In this document: positions 1 to 12,551 of the stretch, piece after piece
How the letters are laid out: each line of letters starts with the position of its first letter
Numbering within the stretch: position 1 is the stretch's first letter
Assembly (NCBI GenBank): GCA_052327205.1
Contig: CM126207.1
Coordinates: 76,880,001 to 76,944,000, forward strand
Direction: 5' to 3'
DNA length: 64,000 bases
Source of the DNA: Somniosus microcephalus
Lineage: Eukaryota
Notes under the pieces: generated by a model
Databases searched by the model: none
Told to the model about the DNA's origin: nothing
The model's input: only the letters and a program-made list of their open reading frames with translations
Program-made: the position numbers and the translations under genes

Positions 1-1490
1 CTAGACTTCCCTGTTTTTATACTCCATCCCCCTTGCAATAAAAGCCAAGATTCCATTGGCCTTCCTGATCACCTGCTGCACCTGCATACTAAATTTTTGT
101 GTTTCATGCACCAGGACCCCCAGATCCCTTTGTACTGTAGCACTTTGCAGTTTCTCTCCATTTAGATAATAACTTGCTCTTCGATTTTTTTCTGCCAAAG
201 TGCATAACCTCACACTTTCCAACATTATATTCCATCTGCCAAATCTCTGCCCACTCACTTAGCCTGTCTATGTCCTTTTGCAGGTTTTTTATGTCCTCCT
301 CACTCACTGCTTTCCCTCCCATCTTTGTATCGTCAGCAAACTTGGATATGTTGCACTCGGTCCCTTCCTCCAAATCGTTAATATAGATTGTAAAGAGTTG
401 GGGTCCCAGCACTGACCCCTGCAGAACACCACTAGTTACTGATTGCCAGCCCAAGAACGAACCATTTATCCCAACTCTTTGTTTTCTGTTAGATAGCCAA
501 TCTTCCACCCATGCCAGTATATTACCCCCAATCCCGTGATTTTTTAACTTGATCAGTAATCTTTTGTGTGGAACCTTGTCAAATGCCTTTTGGAAGTCCA
601 AATACACTATATCCACTGGTTCCCCTTTATCCACCCTGTATGTTACGTCCTCAAAGAATTCGAGCAAATTTGTCAAACATGACTTCCCCTTCATAAAACC
701 ATGCTGACTCTGTCCTATTAAATTATGTTTATCCAAATGCTCTGTTACTGTTTCCTTAATAATGGACTCCAACATTTTGCCAACCACAGATGTTAGGCTA
801 ACTGGTCTATAGTTTCCAGCTTTTTGTCTACTTCCCTTCTTAAATAAGGGTGTTACATTAGCAGTTTTCCAATCTGCCAGGACCTTTCCTGAGTCCAGGG
901 AGTTTTGGAAAATAATCACCAATGCATCCACAATCCCTACCACCACTTCTCTCAAGACCCTAGGATGTAGGCCATCAGGTCCGGGCGATTTATCCGCCTT
1001 AAGTCCCATTATTTTACCGAGTACCATCTCCTTAGTGATTTTAATCGTGTTTAGCTCCTCCCCCCCCCCATTGCCCCCTGTTTGTCCAGTGTTGGGATAT
1101 TTTTAGTGTCCTCTACTGTAAAGACTGATACAAAATATTTGTTCAGCGTCTTTGCCATCTCCATGTTCCCCACCACTAGTTTCCCGATCTCATCCTCTAA
1201 GGGACCAACGTTCACTTTAGCCACCCTTTTTCTTTTTATATAGCCGTAGAAACTCTTGCTATCTGTTTTTATATTTTTTGCTAGTTTACTTTCATAATAA
1301 TCTATCTTCCCTTTCTTAATTAATCTTATAGTTATTGTTTGCTGGCTTTTAAATGCTTCCCAATCTTCTATCCTCCCACTCGATTTGGCTACTTTATATG
1401 CCCTTGTTTTCAGTTGGATACTATCCTTTATTACTTTACTAAGCCACGGATGGCTGTCTTTTCTTTTACTCCCCTTTTTCCTCAGAAGAT
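1..1490 (-). mobile_element. CR1 LINE ORF2 fragment (RT), frameshifted
   Basis: ORFs 104-1027 and 1051-1542 carry CR1 RT motifs KSPGPDG, NYRPVSLTS, QHGF, YLDFQKAFDKV, QGSVLGP, FADD. Confidence 0.93.
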
Positions 1491-1589
1491 ACTGGAGCAC
1501 TAAGGGCATCCCAAATGGACAGTTTTTGACACTTATAACCATGAATCTAGCAGTTGGAGAGGGAGGTCAGACCTGCAAGCATGTAGTGT

Positions 1590-2290
1590 ATTACATAGCA
1601 TTACACAGTATTTACAGCACAGACAAGCTATTCAGCCCAACAGGTCCATGCCGGTGTTGATGATCCACATGAGCCTCCTCCCACCCTTCTAAATCTAACC
1701 CCATCAACATATCCTTCTACCCCTTTCTCCCTCATGTGTTTATCAAGCTTCCCCTTAAATGCATCGATGCTATTCGCCTCAACTACTCCTTGCAGTAATG
1801 AGTTCCACATTACAACCTCTCTCTAGATAAAAAAGTTTCTCCTGAATTCCCTATTGGATTTATTAGTGACTATTTTACATTTATCGCCTCTAGTTCTAGT
1901 CTCCCCGACAAGTGGAAACATTTTCTCTACATCTACCCTATCAAAACCTTTCATAATCTTAAAGACCTTTACTAGGTTACCCCTCAGTCTTCTTATTTCG
2001 AGAGAAAAGAGCCCCAGCTTGTTCAATCTTTCCTGATTGATATAGACTCTCAGTTTTGGTATCATTCTATTAAATATTTTTTGCAGCTTCTCCAGTGCCT
2101 CTATATCCTTTTCATAATATGGAGACCAGAACTGTTCACAGTACTCCAAGTGTGGTCTAACCAAGGATATATACAACTTTAACATAACTTCTCTGCTTTT
2201 TAATTTTATCCCTCTAGAAATGAAACACAGTGCTTTGTTTGCTTTTTATATGGCATCATTAACCTGTGTCGCTACTTTTTGTGATTTGTG
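1590..2290 (-). mobile_element. CR1 LINE 3' fragment
   Basis: ORFs 1823-2185 and 1628-1810 show the CR1 C-terminal signature LVRPHLEYC..FWSP, LGLFSLE.RRLRG, WNSL, followed by 3' UTR. Confidence 0.88.
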
Positions 2291-4081
2291 TAAGAGGGAA
2301 AAAGTAGGGCCCATTAGAGACCAAAGTGGTAATCTGTGTGTAGAGCCGGAAGGTGTAGGTGAGGTTTTAAATGAATATTTTGCATCTGTGTTCACTATGG
2401 AGAAGGGCGATGTAGGCATAGAAATCAGGCAGGGGGATTGTGATATACTTGAACAAATTAGCATTGAGAGGGAGGAGGCACTAACGATTTTAGCGGTCTT
2501 AAAAGTGGATAAATCTCCAGGCCCAGACGAAATGTATCCCAGGCTGCTGTGTAAGGCAAGGGAGGAGATTGCAGGGGCTCTGACACAAATTTTCAGAACC
2601 TCTCTGGCCACAGGGGAGGTGCCAGAGGACTGGAGGACAACTAATATAGTATTATTATTCAAGAAGGGTAGTAGGGATAAACCAGGAAATTACAGGCCAG
2701 TGAGTCTAACATCAGTGGTAGGGAAAATATTGGAAAACATTCTGAGGGACAGAATTAGTCTCCACTTGGAGAGGCAAGGATTAATCAAGGATAGTCAGCA
2801 TGGCTTTGTCAGGGGGAGATCATGTCTAACCAATTTGATTGAATTTTTCGAGGGGGTGACTAGATGTGTGGATGAGGGTAGTGCAGCTGATGTAGTCTAT
2901 ATGGACTTCAGTAAGGCTTTTGACAAAGTCCCGCATGGGAGCCTGGTCAAGAAGGTAAGAGCCCATGGGATCCAGGGAAATTTGGCACATTGGATCCAAA
3001 ATTGGCTTCGTGGCAGGAGGCAGAGGGTGATGGTCAAAAGTTGTTTTTGTGACTGGAAGCCTGTGTCCACTGGTAAACCACAGGGATCGTTGCTGGGTCC
3101 CTTGCTGTTTGTGGCATACATTAATGATTTAGATATGAATGCAGGAGGTATGATCAGTAAGTTCGCAGATGACACGAAAATTGCTGGAGTGGTAAATAGC
3201 GAGGAGGGAAGACTCAGGCTACAGGACGATATAGACGGGTTGGTCAGATGGGCAGAACAGTGGCAAATGGAATTTAACCCTGAAAAGTATGAGGTGATGC
3301 ATTTTGGGAGGACTAACAAGGCAAGGGAATACACAATGGATGGTAGGACCCTAGGAAGGACAGAGGCTCAGAGGGACCTTGGTGTGCATGTACACAGAGC
3401 CCTGAAGGCAGCAGAACAGGTAGATAAGGTGGTTAAAAAGGCATATGGGATACTTGCCTTCATTAGCCGAGGCATAGACTATAAGAGCAGGGAGGTTATG
3501 ATGGAGTTGTACAAAATGTTAGTTAGGCCACAGCTGGAATACTGTGTGCAGTTCTGGACGCCACACTATAGGAAGGATGTGATTGCATTGGAGAGGGTGC
3601 AGAGCAGATTCACCAGGATGTTACCTGGGCTGGAGCGCTTCAGCTATGAGGAGAGACTGGACAAGCTGGGGTTGTTTTCCTTGGAGCAGAGAAGGCTGAG
3701 GGGGGACCTGATTGTGGTGTACAAAATTATGAGGGGCATAGATAGGATAGATAGAAATGAACTTTTCCCCTTAGTAGAGAGGTCAATAACCAGGGGGCAT
3801 AGTTTCAAGGTAAGGGGCAGGAGGTTTAGAGGGGATTTGAGGAAAATCTTTTTCACCCAGAGGATGGTTGGAATCTGGAACTCACTGCCTGAAAGGGTGG
3901 TAGAGGCAGGAACCCTCACAACATTCAAGAAGCATTTAGATGAGCACTTGAAACGCCATAGCATACAAGGCTACGGATCAAGTGCTGGAAAATGGGATTA
4001 GAATAGTTAGGGCTTGATGGCCGGCGCAGACACGATGGGCAGAAGGGTCTCTTTCTGTGCTGTATAACTCTATGACTCTAT
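2291..4081 (+). mobile_element. 5'-truncated CR1 LINE with uninterrupted RT-to-stop reading frame
   Basis: ORF 2220-4001 has full RT motifs and C-terminus (its first ~24 aa read through the neighbouring minus-strand CR1); 3' tail repeat CTATGACT at ~4070-4081. Confidence 0.93.
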
Positions 4082-5084
4082 GGGCTAGATTTTGCCAGGC
4101 CCGAGGAGGCGCGATTGGAGGCATGTGAGTTGTTAAAATCACCAAAAATGGCAGTCGGGCCCGATCCCGCCTCCATCCCGCCTCCAAGCAATTTTCCCAA
4201 ATGTGTGTTTTCTGACCGGCTTTCCATCCCGCCTCCAAGAGGCGGGATAGGCCCTTAAGGCCCTTAACAACCACTTAAATGCCTCTATAGTCCGATTTTG
4301 AGAGGCCTTTCTGATTTTAACACATTTCCCTCATCCTACACGCCTCCTCTGGAACACGCCAGGTAATGCTGACGGCCTCACAAGTGGATTGCTTACGAAC
4401 AGCTGCAGCTCCAACATTACAAAGGAGTTTTCACCAATGATCGTTTGCAGGTGGCAGAACTTTGTTGTTTCAGGTCTGGGGGAACGTTTAGCAGGCATAC
4501 TCAGTGTTGTGGAAGTTTGGAGTCTGACACTCATCTCCAGTGTGACCTCCTGGGAAACCCCTCTCCCCACCTTGACTAAGTGCTTCCTCAACTGAGGCAT
4601 ATACCAGAAGCATGGCGACCGTTTAATTCCTTTCCTCCTGGACGTCAGGCTCGGATGAAGACCAGCCGTGGCAGCAGCAGAACCATGAACAACAGCAGCA
4701 CCAACAGCAGGAGCATCAACAGGAGCACCAAGCTGCTAGTCACCCACCTGAAGATGCACAGGCCAGAAGACGCCAGAGCGTGACCATATTGCTGCCCGGG
4801 ATGCAAGGGACGCACTCATGTTGGTCACATTTGCTTAGCCTGCACAAGCAAACACTTTTGCCTCGCACCTTCTTACCAGAGCATCGACAATGGACAAGAA
4901 CCTACGGATTCCTATCACTCTGACCACCATAATGACAATTGAAAGTCGCCCTAAACCCTCAATGTGGAAGTCCCATTTGTGAAGTGACACAGGCCACAAC
5001 TTCAACAGTTTAGCATCAGAATTTTTTATCACAACAAGCAACAAAAATAAACACAACATAACACCCAAGTGACTACCCTTGTGA

Positions 5085-6440
5085 CTACTTGTGCATTATC
5101 TTCCTCTTACACGTGCTCCTACGTGGTGCTTCCCCTGTGGCTTCAGCAGATGTGGAGGCCCCTTGCTCACTTTCTTGCTGCTCCTGTCTCGACACCGTTG
5201 GCTGCCATCTTCTGGGGTTGCAAACCTGTGAGGGCTCGGCAACAGTCTGCTGCTCCTGTGGCTGTGCAGGGGATGAGACGCCCATCTCAGTTGGCTGAGG
5301 ACTCTGGTGGGGCTCTGACCGAGGGTTTTGCAGTGGCATGGTCATGTGAGCGCTTGGAGAGGAGCCCCCACTTCCTTGTTGTCTGCCACCAACATCCCTC
5401 TCATGGGTCAGCCCCACTTCAGAGCTAGCAAGTGGCTTGACAGCACCTTGCTACACTTCAGGGGGGTCATGAGGATCCGTTTCTGCACTGGACGCCCTAC
5501 TCCAGAGGACTTCCATGAAGGTCTAGTTTCTATGCTCAATAGCTGACCATCACTCCTCAAGAGATGTCAGTCCATTCTGAACAATGACCATATTTTCTAC
5601 ACTCTGGTGACCTAGCTCCTCCATGGCCATAGCCATCCTCTCCTCTACTGTAGCCATCCTTTCCACAGAGGTTGCCATCCTTTCCGTGGCAATGCATTCA
5701 TGCGCCAATGCCTCCACAAAAGCTCTGATCATGTTCACGATGGACTGCTCCATTCACTCGACACTCGCAGCGACCCTGGAGACAAAACCTGCCAGAGGCC
5801 CCTGCACCTGTTTCTGGAGTTCTAGCACCCCTCTCCTTCTGGATGGACCTGGAGGCACAGGGTCGACATGCAGCTGAGCTGAGCTGGCAGAGTCCTGCGC
5901 CCTTCGACGAGGACTCTCCACTGCTGTCCCTGTTTCCACCATCTGTTGATGCTCACTTGTGAGCTGTGATATACCAGCTGCCAAAACTACTCTATCTCGC
6001 GATGGTCCCACCGAGGTGTGAGTGTCTGCGCTGGTGCTGGGTGCGCTGAATTCTGCTGACGCTGCACCCTCAGAGGTTGCAGCTTCCTCTGATGAGTCTG
6101 GAAGCTCAGGCTCTTCCTCCTGGACAGTGGGGACGGGGGCTCTCAATGGTCCCATGGGGGAGTAAAGGAAAGAGTTAGAGATGTGAGGTCAAGGTTACAT
6201 GAACATTGAATAGTGCATATGATCATAAGTCAATCTGTTAGAGCATCAGATTCATTATCAGTGACTCATGCAATGTCAATGAGAGAGATGCCAAACTATT
6301 CTGTCACCAGCTTGCTGCGATGCGCCCATCTGTCCGTCCCCCAGTTGGGAATCCGCCTCGATCCCGGCGATTTCCAGGTCCGCCTCCTCACGGGCAGTGA
6401 GCTGGGCTACTGAGGGTGGCCTTCCTCCTGTCATGGCTCT
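5085..6440 (-). pseudogene. Harbinger Myb/SANT-gene C-terminal exons, degraded
   Basis: Peptides PSTSADTHTSVGP, QQMVETGTAVESP and TSAEATGEAPRRSTCK match the Myb genes at 29940-30960 and 63280-64000. Confidence 0.7.
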
Positions 6441-7038
6441 TTCACGTAAGAGGAAGATAATGCACAAGTAGTCACAAGGGTAGTCACTTGGGTGATATGT
6501 TGTGTTTATTTTTGAAATGCCACCAGTTGCTTGTTGTGATAAAAACATTCTGATGCTAAACTGTTGAAGTTGTGGCCTGTGTCATTTTGCAAATGGGACT
6601 TCCACATTGAGGGCTTAGGGTGACTTTCAATTGTCATTATGGTGGTCAGAGTGGTAGGAATCTGTAGGTTCTTGTCCATTGTCGATGCTCTGGTAAGAAG
6701 GTACAAGGCAAAAGTGTTTGATTGTACAGGCTAAGCAAATGTGACCAACATGAGTGCATCCCTTGCATCCCAGGCAGCAATATGGTGGCGCTCTGGCACC
6801 TTCTGGCCTGTGCATCTTTAGGTGGGTGACTAGCAGTTTGGCACTCCTGTTGATGCTCCTGCTGTTGGTGCTGCTGTTGTTCATGGTTCTGCTGCTGCCG
6901 CGGCTGATCTTCAACCAAATCTGATGTCCAGGAGGAAAGGAATTAAATGGTCGCCATGCTTCTGGTATATGCGTCAGTTGAGGAAGCGCTTAGCCAAGGT
7001 GGGGAGAGGGGTTTCCCAGGAGGTCACACTGGAGATGG

Positions 7039-8458
7039 TGTAAGGGGTTTTCGATCGCAGAGGTTTCTCTCTCTAGAGGCCTCTCTCTCTTGCACAGTAA
7101 AACCTTGAGTGGTTCGACCCACTCACCCCTTAGGTTCTAGACACTGGATTTGAGGCAGGAACTACAATGTAGAGAATACTCTACAGGCCAGGTTTAATGA
7201 AAATGAAATGAAACTTTATTGCATAAAGGAACAAATCAAACTGCAAACCAATAAGGTACATGGGAGGGAAAAAAACAAATCATAATACAGTACTGGCTAA
7301 GATATATACAGACATATTATACTTCACAAAATCATCACGAAATGGGGAAACACACGGAACACCGAGGGATAACAACTCATTGTTAAAATTACCCCTTAAA
7401 TGCCCACCCCCTAAGCCTATCTAGATCAGATTGTGAGGGGCCAGAAACATGCTCACCAATCCAGTTGGAAAAATATAGAATTTTGAAAACGGGTCTGCGT
7501 TTTGATCCTTTCAGGCATCCTGTCTCCACGTGGTCAACGCTACAGGCTGCGACGCTCTTTCTTCTTCCTCGAGGTGAAGGTCACGGACAGGCTGGATGCT
7601 GGCAGGCCTGGGCGTCGGCGGGGACGGAGACCACCTGTTTGACCATGGTTAAAGAGGTTTCTTCGTAGAGCCTAGCTGGCTTACCATTTTCAGATAGGTT
7701 TCTTCTGAAGGGCTGCTGTCCTTTGTCTCGTCAACGGCCCGGGGTTTGTCGATGATCTCCCGATGGTTACCCCGGGGCGGGACTCAGACTCGAATCACCT
7801 TCTTGGTCTCTGGATTGACGTTTCTCCATGGCTCTCAAACAACAAGCTGGCTACCAAAAGCTGCAAAAGCTCCAAGCTCAAAAAGCGCTACCGATGGCTA
7901 CCCCGGGACTCCAGTTATACTTCTCAAAGAAGCCTTTATCTCCCGCCAAATCAAGGTTAGTCTTTGTTTAACTTTTGGTGGGCTTGTAGCACAGCGGGGT
8001 AGTTATTATATTTAAACTGCTTTCGGGATGGCCGGTGATGTCCATCTCTGGTCTGGAATTACCTTGTATTGTTTTGAATATTCTCTTGATGTCTTTAATG
8101 GGTCTTTGATGCTCCCCTTATGAATATAAAACTGTTTCCCTTTGTCTGGGTAAACATTTAGATGGCCTTTATCTACAGGCCAATCTGACTGGATCTGCAT
8201 CCAATCCATATGTATGTAGTTCTGTCTGGTTTCGTTTTCTCCGAAACGGCCTTCCAGAACTTACTGTGGGCTGAATCCACAAAGGCTGTCTGGGGACTGC
8301 AGGAACCATTTTAAAGTGTCCCAATAAGTTGGTCACGGGGTCTGGTGGCCATTTTGTATGCCCTTTTTCCTGGGCTTCTTTTAAAACAGTCTTTAAAATC
8401 AAGGCCTCCTCTGCCAATAGACCCTTATGTAATAATATTCAATTTTGCGAATCTTACA
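7039..8458 (-). mobile_element. Solo LTR (1420 bp)
   Basis: TGTAAG...CTTACA termini, 4-bp TSD ATGG (7035-7038, 8459-8462), minus-strand AATAAA near 7215; cleanly interrupts the Harbinger arm. Confidence 0.85.
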
Positions 8459-9426
8459 ATGGGTGCCAGGCTCCAAACTTCCACAACACTGAGTAGACCT
8501 GCTAAAAGTTCCCCCAGACCTGAAACAACAAAGTTCTGCCACCTGCAAACGATCATTGGTGAAAACTCCTTTGTAATGGTGGAGCTGCAGCTGTTCGTAA
8601 GCAATCCACTTGTGAGGCCACCAGCATTACCTGGCGTGTTCCAGTGGAGGCGTGTAGGATGGGGGAAATGTGTTAAAATCGGAAAGGCCTCTCAAAATGG
8701 GATTATAGAGGCATTTAAGTGGTTGTTAAGGGCCTTAAGGGCCTATCCCGCCTTGGAGGCGGGATGGAAAGCGGGTCAGAAAACACACATTTGGAAAAAT
8801 TGCTCGGAGGCAGGATGGAAGCGAGATCGGGCCCGCCCGCCATTTTTGGCGATTTTAACAACTCACGCCTCCAATCGTGCCTCCTCGGGCCTGGCAAAAT
8901 CGAGCCCTATGACTTTACCCCATGTAGACATTTAGGCTGCAAAATTGAGCATCTTATTGCCAGCAGTTAAGGCCAGCTTCAGCAGAAACCTCGCTTCCAC
9001 CCACTTCCGGTGCAGCCTGTGCTGGTCGCCATTTTGGTGAGGGCGATTGCACGGACTGAACGTGTGTGCACCAGCAGTATTCCGAGTACGCAGATCGTGA
9101 CTTCAGTCATCATGCAACGCTGATTTTTCGCACGACCTGCCATTTTGGATGGTACTGTTCCAAACAACGCCCTCTCTTAAACACGCACAGCTGAACATGC
9201 GTTCAACTGCATGAGGGACCCCCCATCATCGCTATTTAAAGGGATACATTCAACTTGCAGGTAAGTTGATTATTTCTCCTGTACTGGGTCTTGCAGAGTT
9301 TATATCAATACTGGCTTGCTGGAAGACTTTTATAAAGTTGTTAAAGTGTGCAGGGAATGCTGCTGGCCTTTGGGAAGACATTGGTGCCTTCTGGAAGGCC
9401 TCTGACTACACCACTTGCTCCCAGTC

Positions 9427-10440
9427 ATGGGCGCTCTACTTGGAGTCCCCCTCGTGCTGCACCATGACAGGGAAATGCAGCAGAGGCAGCAAAGACAAGC
9501 TGCTCACAGAGGGAGGAGGAGGAGGGGGAGGAGGGCTCTCAGCAGGCGGCCTACCCACCTAGGATCTTCAGGGAGCACTTCTCCTACCTGCATCTAAGCC
9601 AGGAGCAGTGTATTCGGTGGCTCCACTTCACCAAGGAAGTGGTCACAGAACTCTGCCACTCTTGGAACCAGACATGCAGCCTCAGAGCAGGGTGACGACG
9701 GCACTGCCAGTGGCCCTCAAGGCCACCGTGGCCCTGCATTATTTCACCAGCAGATCCTTCCAGGCTGGAGCAGGTGACATAGCTAACATCTCACAGTTTG
9801 CCGTCCATCGCTGCATCCGGGACATCACAGACTCTCTGTACTTCAGGAGAAGGGATTTCACTGTCTTCTCTCTAAACAGGGAGAAGCAGGAGGAACGTGC
9901 GTGTGGCTTTGTTAGGATATTCAGCTTCCCTATGATGCAGGGTGCCATTGACTGCACATACGTGGCTTTGCGGGTGCCGCATATAGATGTTGAGATGTAT
10001 CGTAAATGCAAAGGCTACCACTCTCTTAATGTGCAGTTGGCCTGCAACCAGGCCCAGTGCATCATGACGGTGAATGTCCGGTATCCTGGCAGCAGTCATG
10101 ATGCCTTCATCCTGTGCCAGCCTACAGTGCCAGCAATCTTCCAGCCACCACGTCGAACCTGAGGGTGGCTACTTGGAAACAAGGGCTATCCACTCTGCAC
10201 CTGGCTGATGATTTCCCTCCGCAACCCCACTACTCGTGGCCAGCAATCATATAATATCAGCCATGCTGCCACGAGGAACCTCATCAAGTACACCATTGGG
10301 GTGCTCAAGCAATGGTTCCGGTGACTTGACTGCTCGGGAGGAGCTCTCCAGTACTCACCGGAGCAGGTGTCCCAATTCGTGGTGGTCTGCTGCATCCTCC
10401 ACAACTTGGACATCATGAGGCACTTTCCTTGCCACTACAT
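9427..10440 (+). pseudogene. HARBI1-like DDE nuclease (Harbinger transposase), frameshifted
   Basis: Motifs QGAIDCTYV, KGYHSLNVQL, YPGSSHDAFIL, LLGNKGYPL, VVVCCILHN. Confidence 0.88.
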
Positions 10441-11332
10441 ATTCCATGACCACCTCAGGAGGAGGAAGAGGAGGAGCAGGAGGAGGAAGAAGAGGTGGAG
10501 GAAGGGAGGAGGCAGGCAGCAAATCCGCATTCCGGACGAACTGTCTGTGAGCACATCATCAGACTCCGGTTCCCCTGAATGAAACCCCAGATCCCCGTTG
10601 CTCAACACATCCCCACCTTACCATTCCTCTGGCACGGAACATCACAGCGTCACCTTGGGCACAATGCTGAATGAAAGCCACCACAAAACAATCATTCCAA
10701 ATATAATTTATAGATGATTAATTCCAATATTACATTACAAAGTCAGCTAATCACCCTTGTGCATTCCCTTAGGCCGCGATTTTCTCAGCGGTGTCAGGAT
10801 TGGGGCAGGACAGCTGGTTTCCGGGTTCCAGTCCCGCCCCCAGCTGCCTCCGTCTGCAGACGTGATGTTCCCTTGATTGGCCTTGTTGAGCCCGCCCTGC
10901 AGGCTTACCAGCCAATTAACAGGAGCAGGTTTCCTACACGCTGTCTGTTACATTGTTATAATATCACATCGTTAAATGGAACTACTTTGGTATGGAACTA
11001 CTTTGGTATGGTGTAGTTATATTGCTATGTGGCACACTGTGCATGGGCAGTGCACAGTGCAGCGTTGGACATCTTGTATCACTCCGCACCATGCGGCAGC
11101 ACTGCAACAAAAGCAAGAATACAGCTAAGTAAAAGCACTAACTAAAAATGAACTAAAAGTGTCTGTAATATATATAGTATAAGAACACAAGGAGACACAA
11201 CATGGTGGCAGCGGTATAAGCGAGTACAAATTCTGCTATACGAACTACGAATAAGACGAAAAGTGATTTTATGAGCTGATTGTGAGTGCCGGTGTCTGCT
11301 GTGATTGAAAGTGAATCGTACGGGAAACTAAA

Positions 11333-12385
11333 ATGATGGCTGCCGCTGCACTGACTGTGCAAATGCAACCCCTCATGAACTGGGAAGCAGACGATATAGT
11401 AGAAGTATTCCGCAAGTTCAAACAGAAATGTGAGCTTACATTCAAAAGCTTCCTGAAGGGTACTACCAATGAGGAAAAGGTTAGTTACATTCTGTTGTGG
11501 GCAGGAGAAAAAGGCCTAGATTTGTATAATAGCTGGAGTTTGACTGAAGAGGAAAAGGAAAACCCAGTGACAATTTTTGATAAATTCAGCAACCATCTAG
11601 AGCCTAAATCCAATCACCGTATACACAGATACAAATTCCAGAGTCTAAGACAGGAACCCAGTGAAACAGCTGACAATTTCCTGACAAGGCTGAAAAATGA
11701 AGCCAGCAAGTGTAAATTTAAGGAAATGGAGGAAAGGCTTGTGGACCGGCTAATATGGGGGTCAGCGCATGTAGAGGTACAAAAAGCCCTGATAGGAAAA
11801 GAAAAGCTCGGAATAACAGAGGCTATAGATACTGCAAGAGCTCATGAAGCCATGAAGCAGCAAATGAAAACGCTGATTTCTCAAACGGCTGACATGCGGA
11901 CGGCTTCTGAGACGGACAACAGAGTGGATGCAGTGAGAGAAAAGTACAACACACAAAGACATGCACATGACAACGGGGGAAACATGTGCAGAAATTGTGG
12001 AAGACCGCACAATTACACAGACAAGAGGAAATGTCCAGCATATGGAACAAGCTGCAACGCATGTGGCAAACTAAACCACTGGGAAAAGAGGTGTAGAACG
12101 AAGAAAGGAGGAACATACATCAAAAACAAAGGCGGACAGCAGAACCAGAGAAAGAAACACAATATCCATGCCATGGATGAGCAGGATGATGATGATGATC
12201 ATGACAATGCACTAAACATCGAAACCATAAAGATACAGCTTCACGAGAATGTCCAGAGCGGAAAATACTCTGAGGAGAGAATTGCACACCATCATCCAAA
12301 TCAAAAAAAAGGTCAAAGATCGGCCCACAACCATCAACTTAAAGTTGAAGCTGGACACGGGCTCATAGCAATATTCTCCCATTGA
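11333..12385 (+). CDS. gag: Gypsy Gag with CCHC knuckles; frameshift at an A-run (~12304) before the protease
   Basis: CRNCGRPH...C and CNACGKLNHWEKRC; VKLDTG protease motif follows in another frame near 12340. Confidence 0.82.
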   Translation: MMAAAALTVQMQPLMNWEADDIVEVFRKFKQKCELTFKSFLKGTTNEEKVSYILLWAGEKGLDLYNSWSLTEEEKENPVTIFDKFSNHLEPKSNHRIHRYKFQSLRQEPSETADNFLTRLKNEASKCKFKEMEERLVDRLIWGSAHVEVQKALIGKEKLGITEAIDTARAHEAMKQQMKTLISQTADMRTASETDNRVDAVREKYNTQRHAHDNGGNMCRNCGRPHNYTDKRKCPAYGTSCNACGKLNHWEKRCRTKKGGTYIKNKGGQQNQRKKHNIHAMDEQDDDDDHDNALNIETIKIQLHENVQSGKYSEERIAHHHPNQKKGQRSAHNHQLKVEAGHGLIAIFSH

Positions 12386-12551
12386 GACTGTACCAGCAGA
12401 TTTTCCCGAAAACCTGAGAGAAGATGCCTACCCGAAAAGCAGTTGTTTAAAGGCAAGTAATGTCACGCTGACAGCATACGGGGGGAGTGAGATTAAACAA
12501 CTCAGAATAACCTTTATCAAAGGGACACATAAAAGAAAGAGCATCAACTGC

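Larger units (their letters stand above)
4082..8907. mobile_element. Foldback-type non-autonomous PIF/Harbinger element with ~1-kb inverted arms
   Basis: Termini GGGCTAGATTTTGCCAGG / CCTGGCAAAATCGAGCCC; TSD TAT (4079-4081, 8908-8910); 4082-~5111 is the reverse complement of ~6444-7038 plus 8459-8907. Confidence 0.85.

Noticed and set aside
2220-4001. 593-aa ORF as a complete or domesticated gene
   Set aside because: 5'-truncated CR1 ORF2 without endonuclease; the start codon comes from the antisense strand of a neighbouring CR1.
9427-10440. Host HARBI1 gene
   Set aside because: Frameshifts and stops, located inside a transposon, and a second degraded copy occurs in the window.
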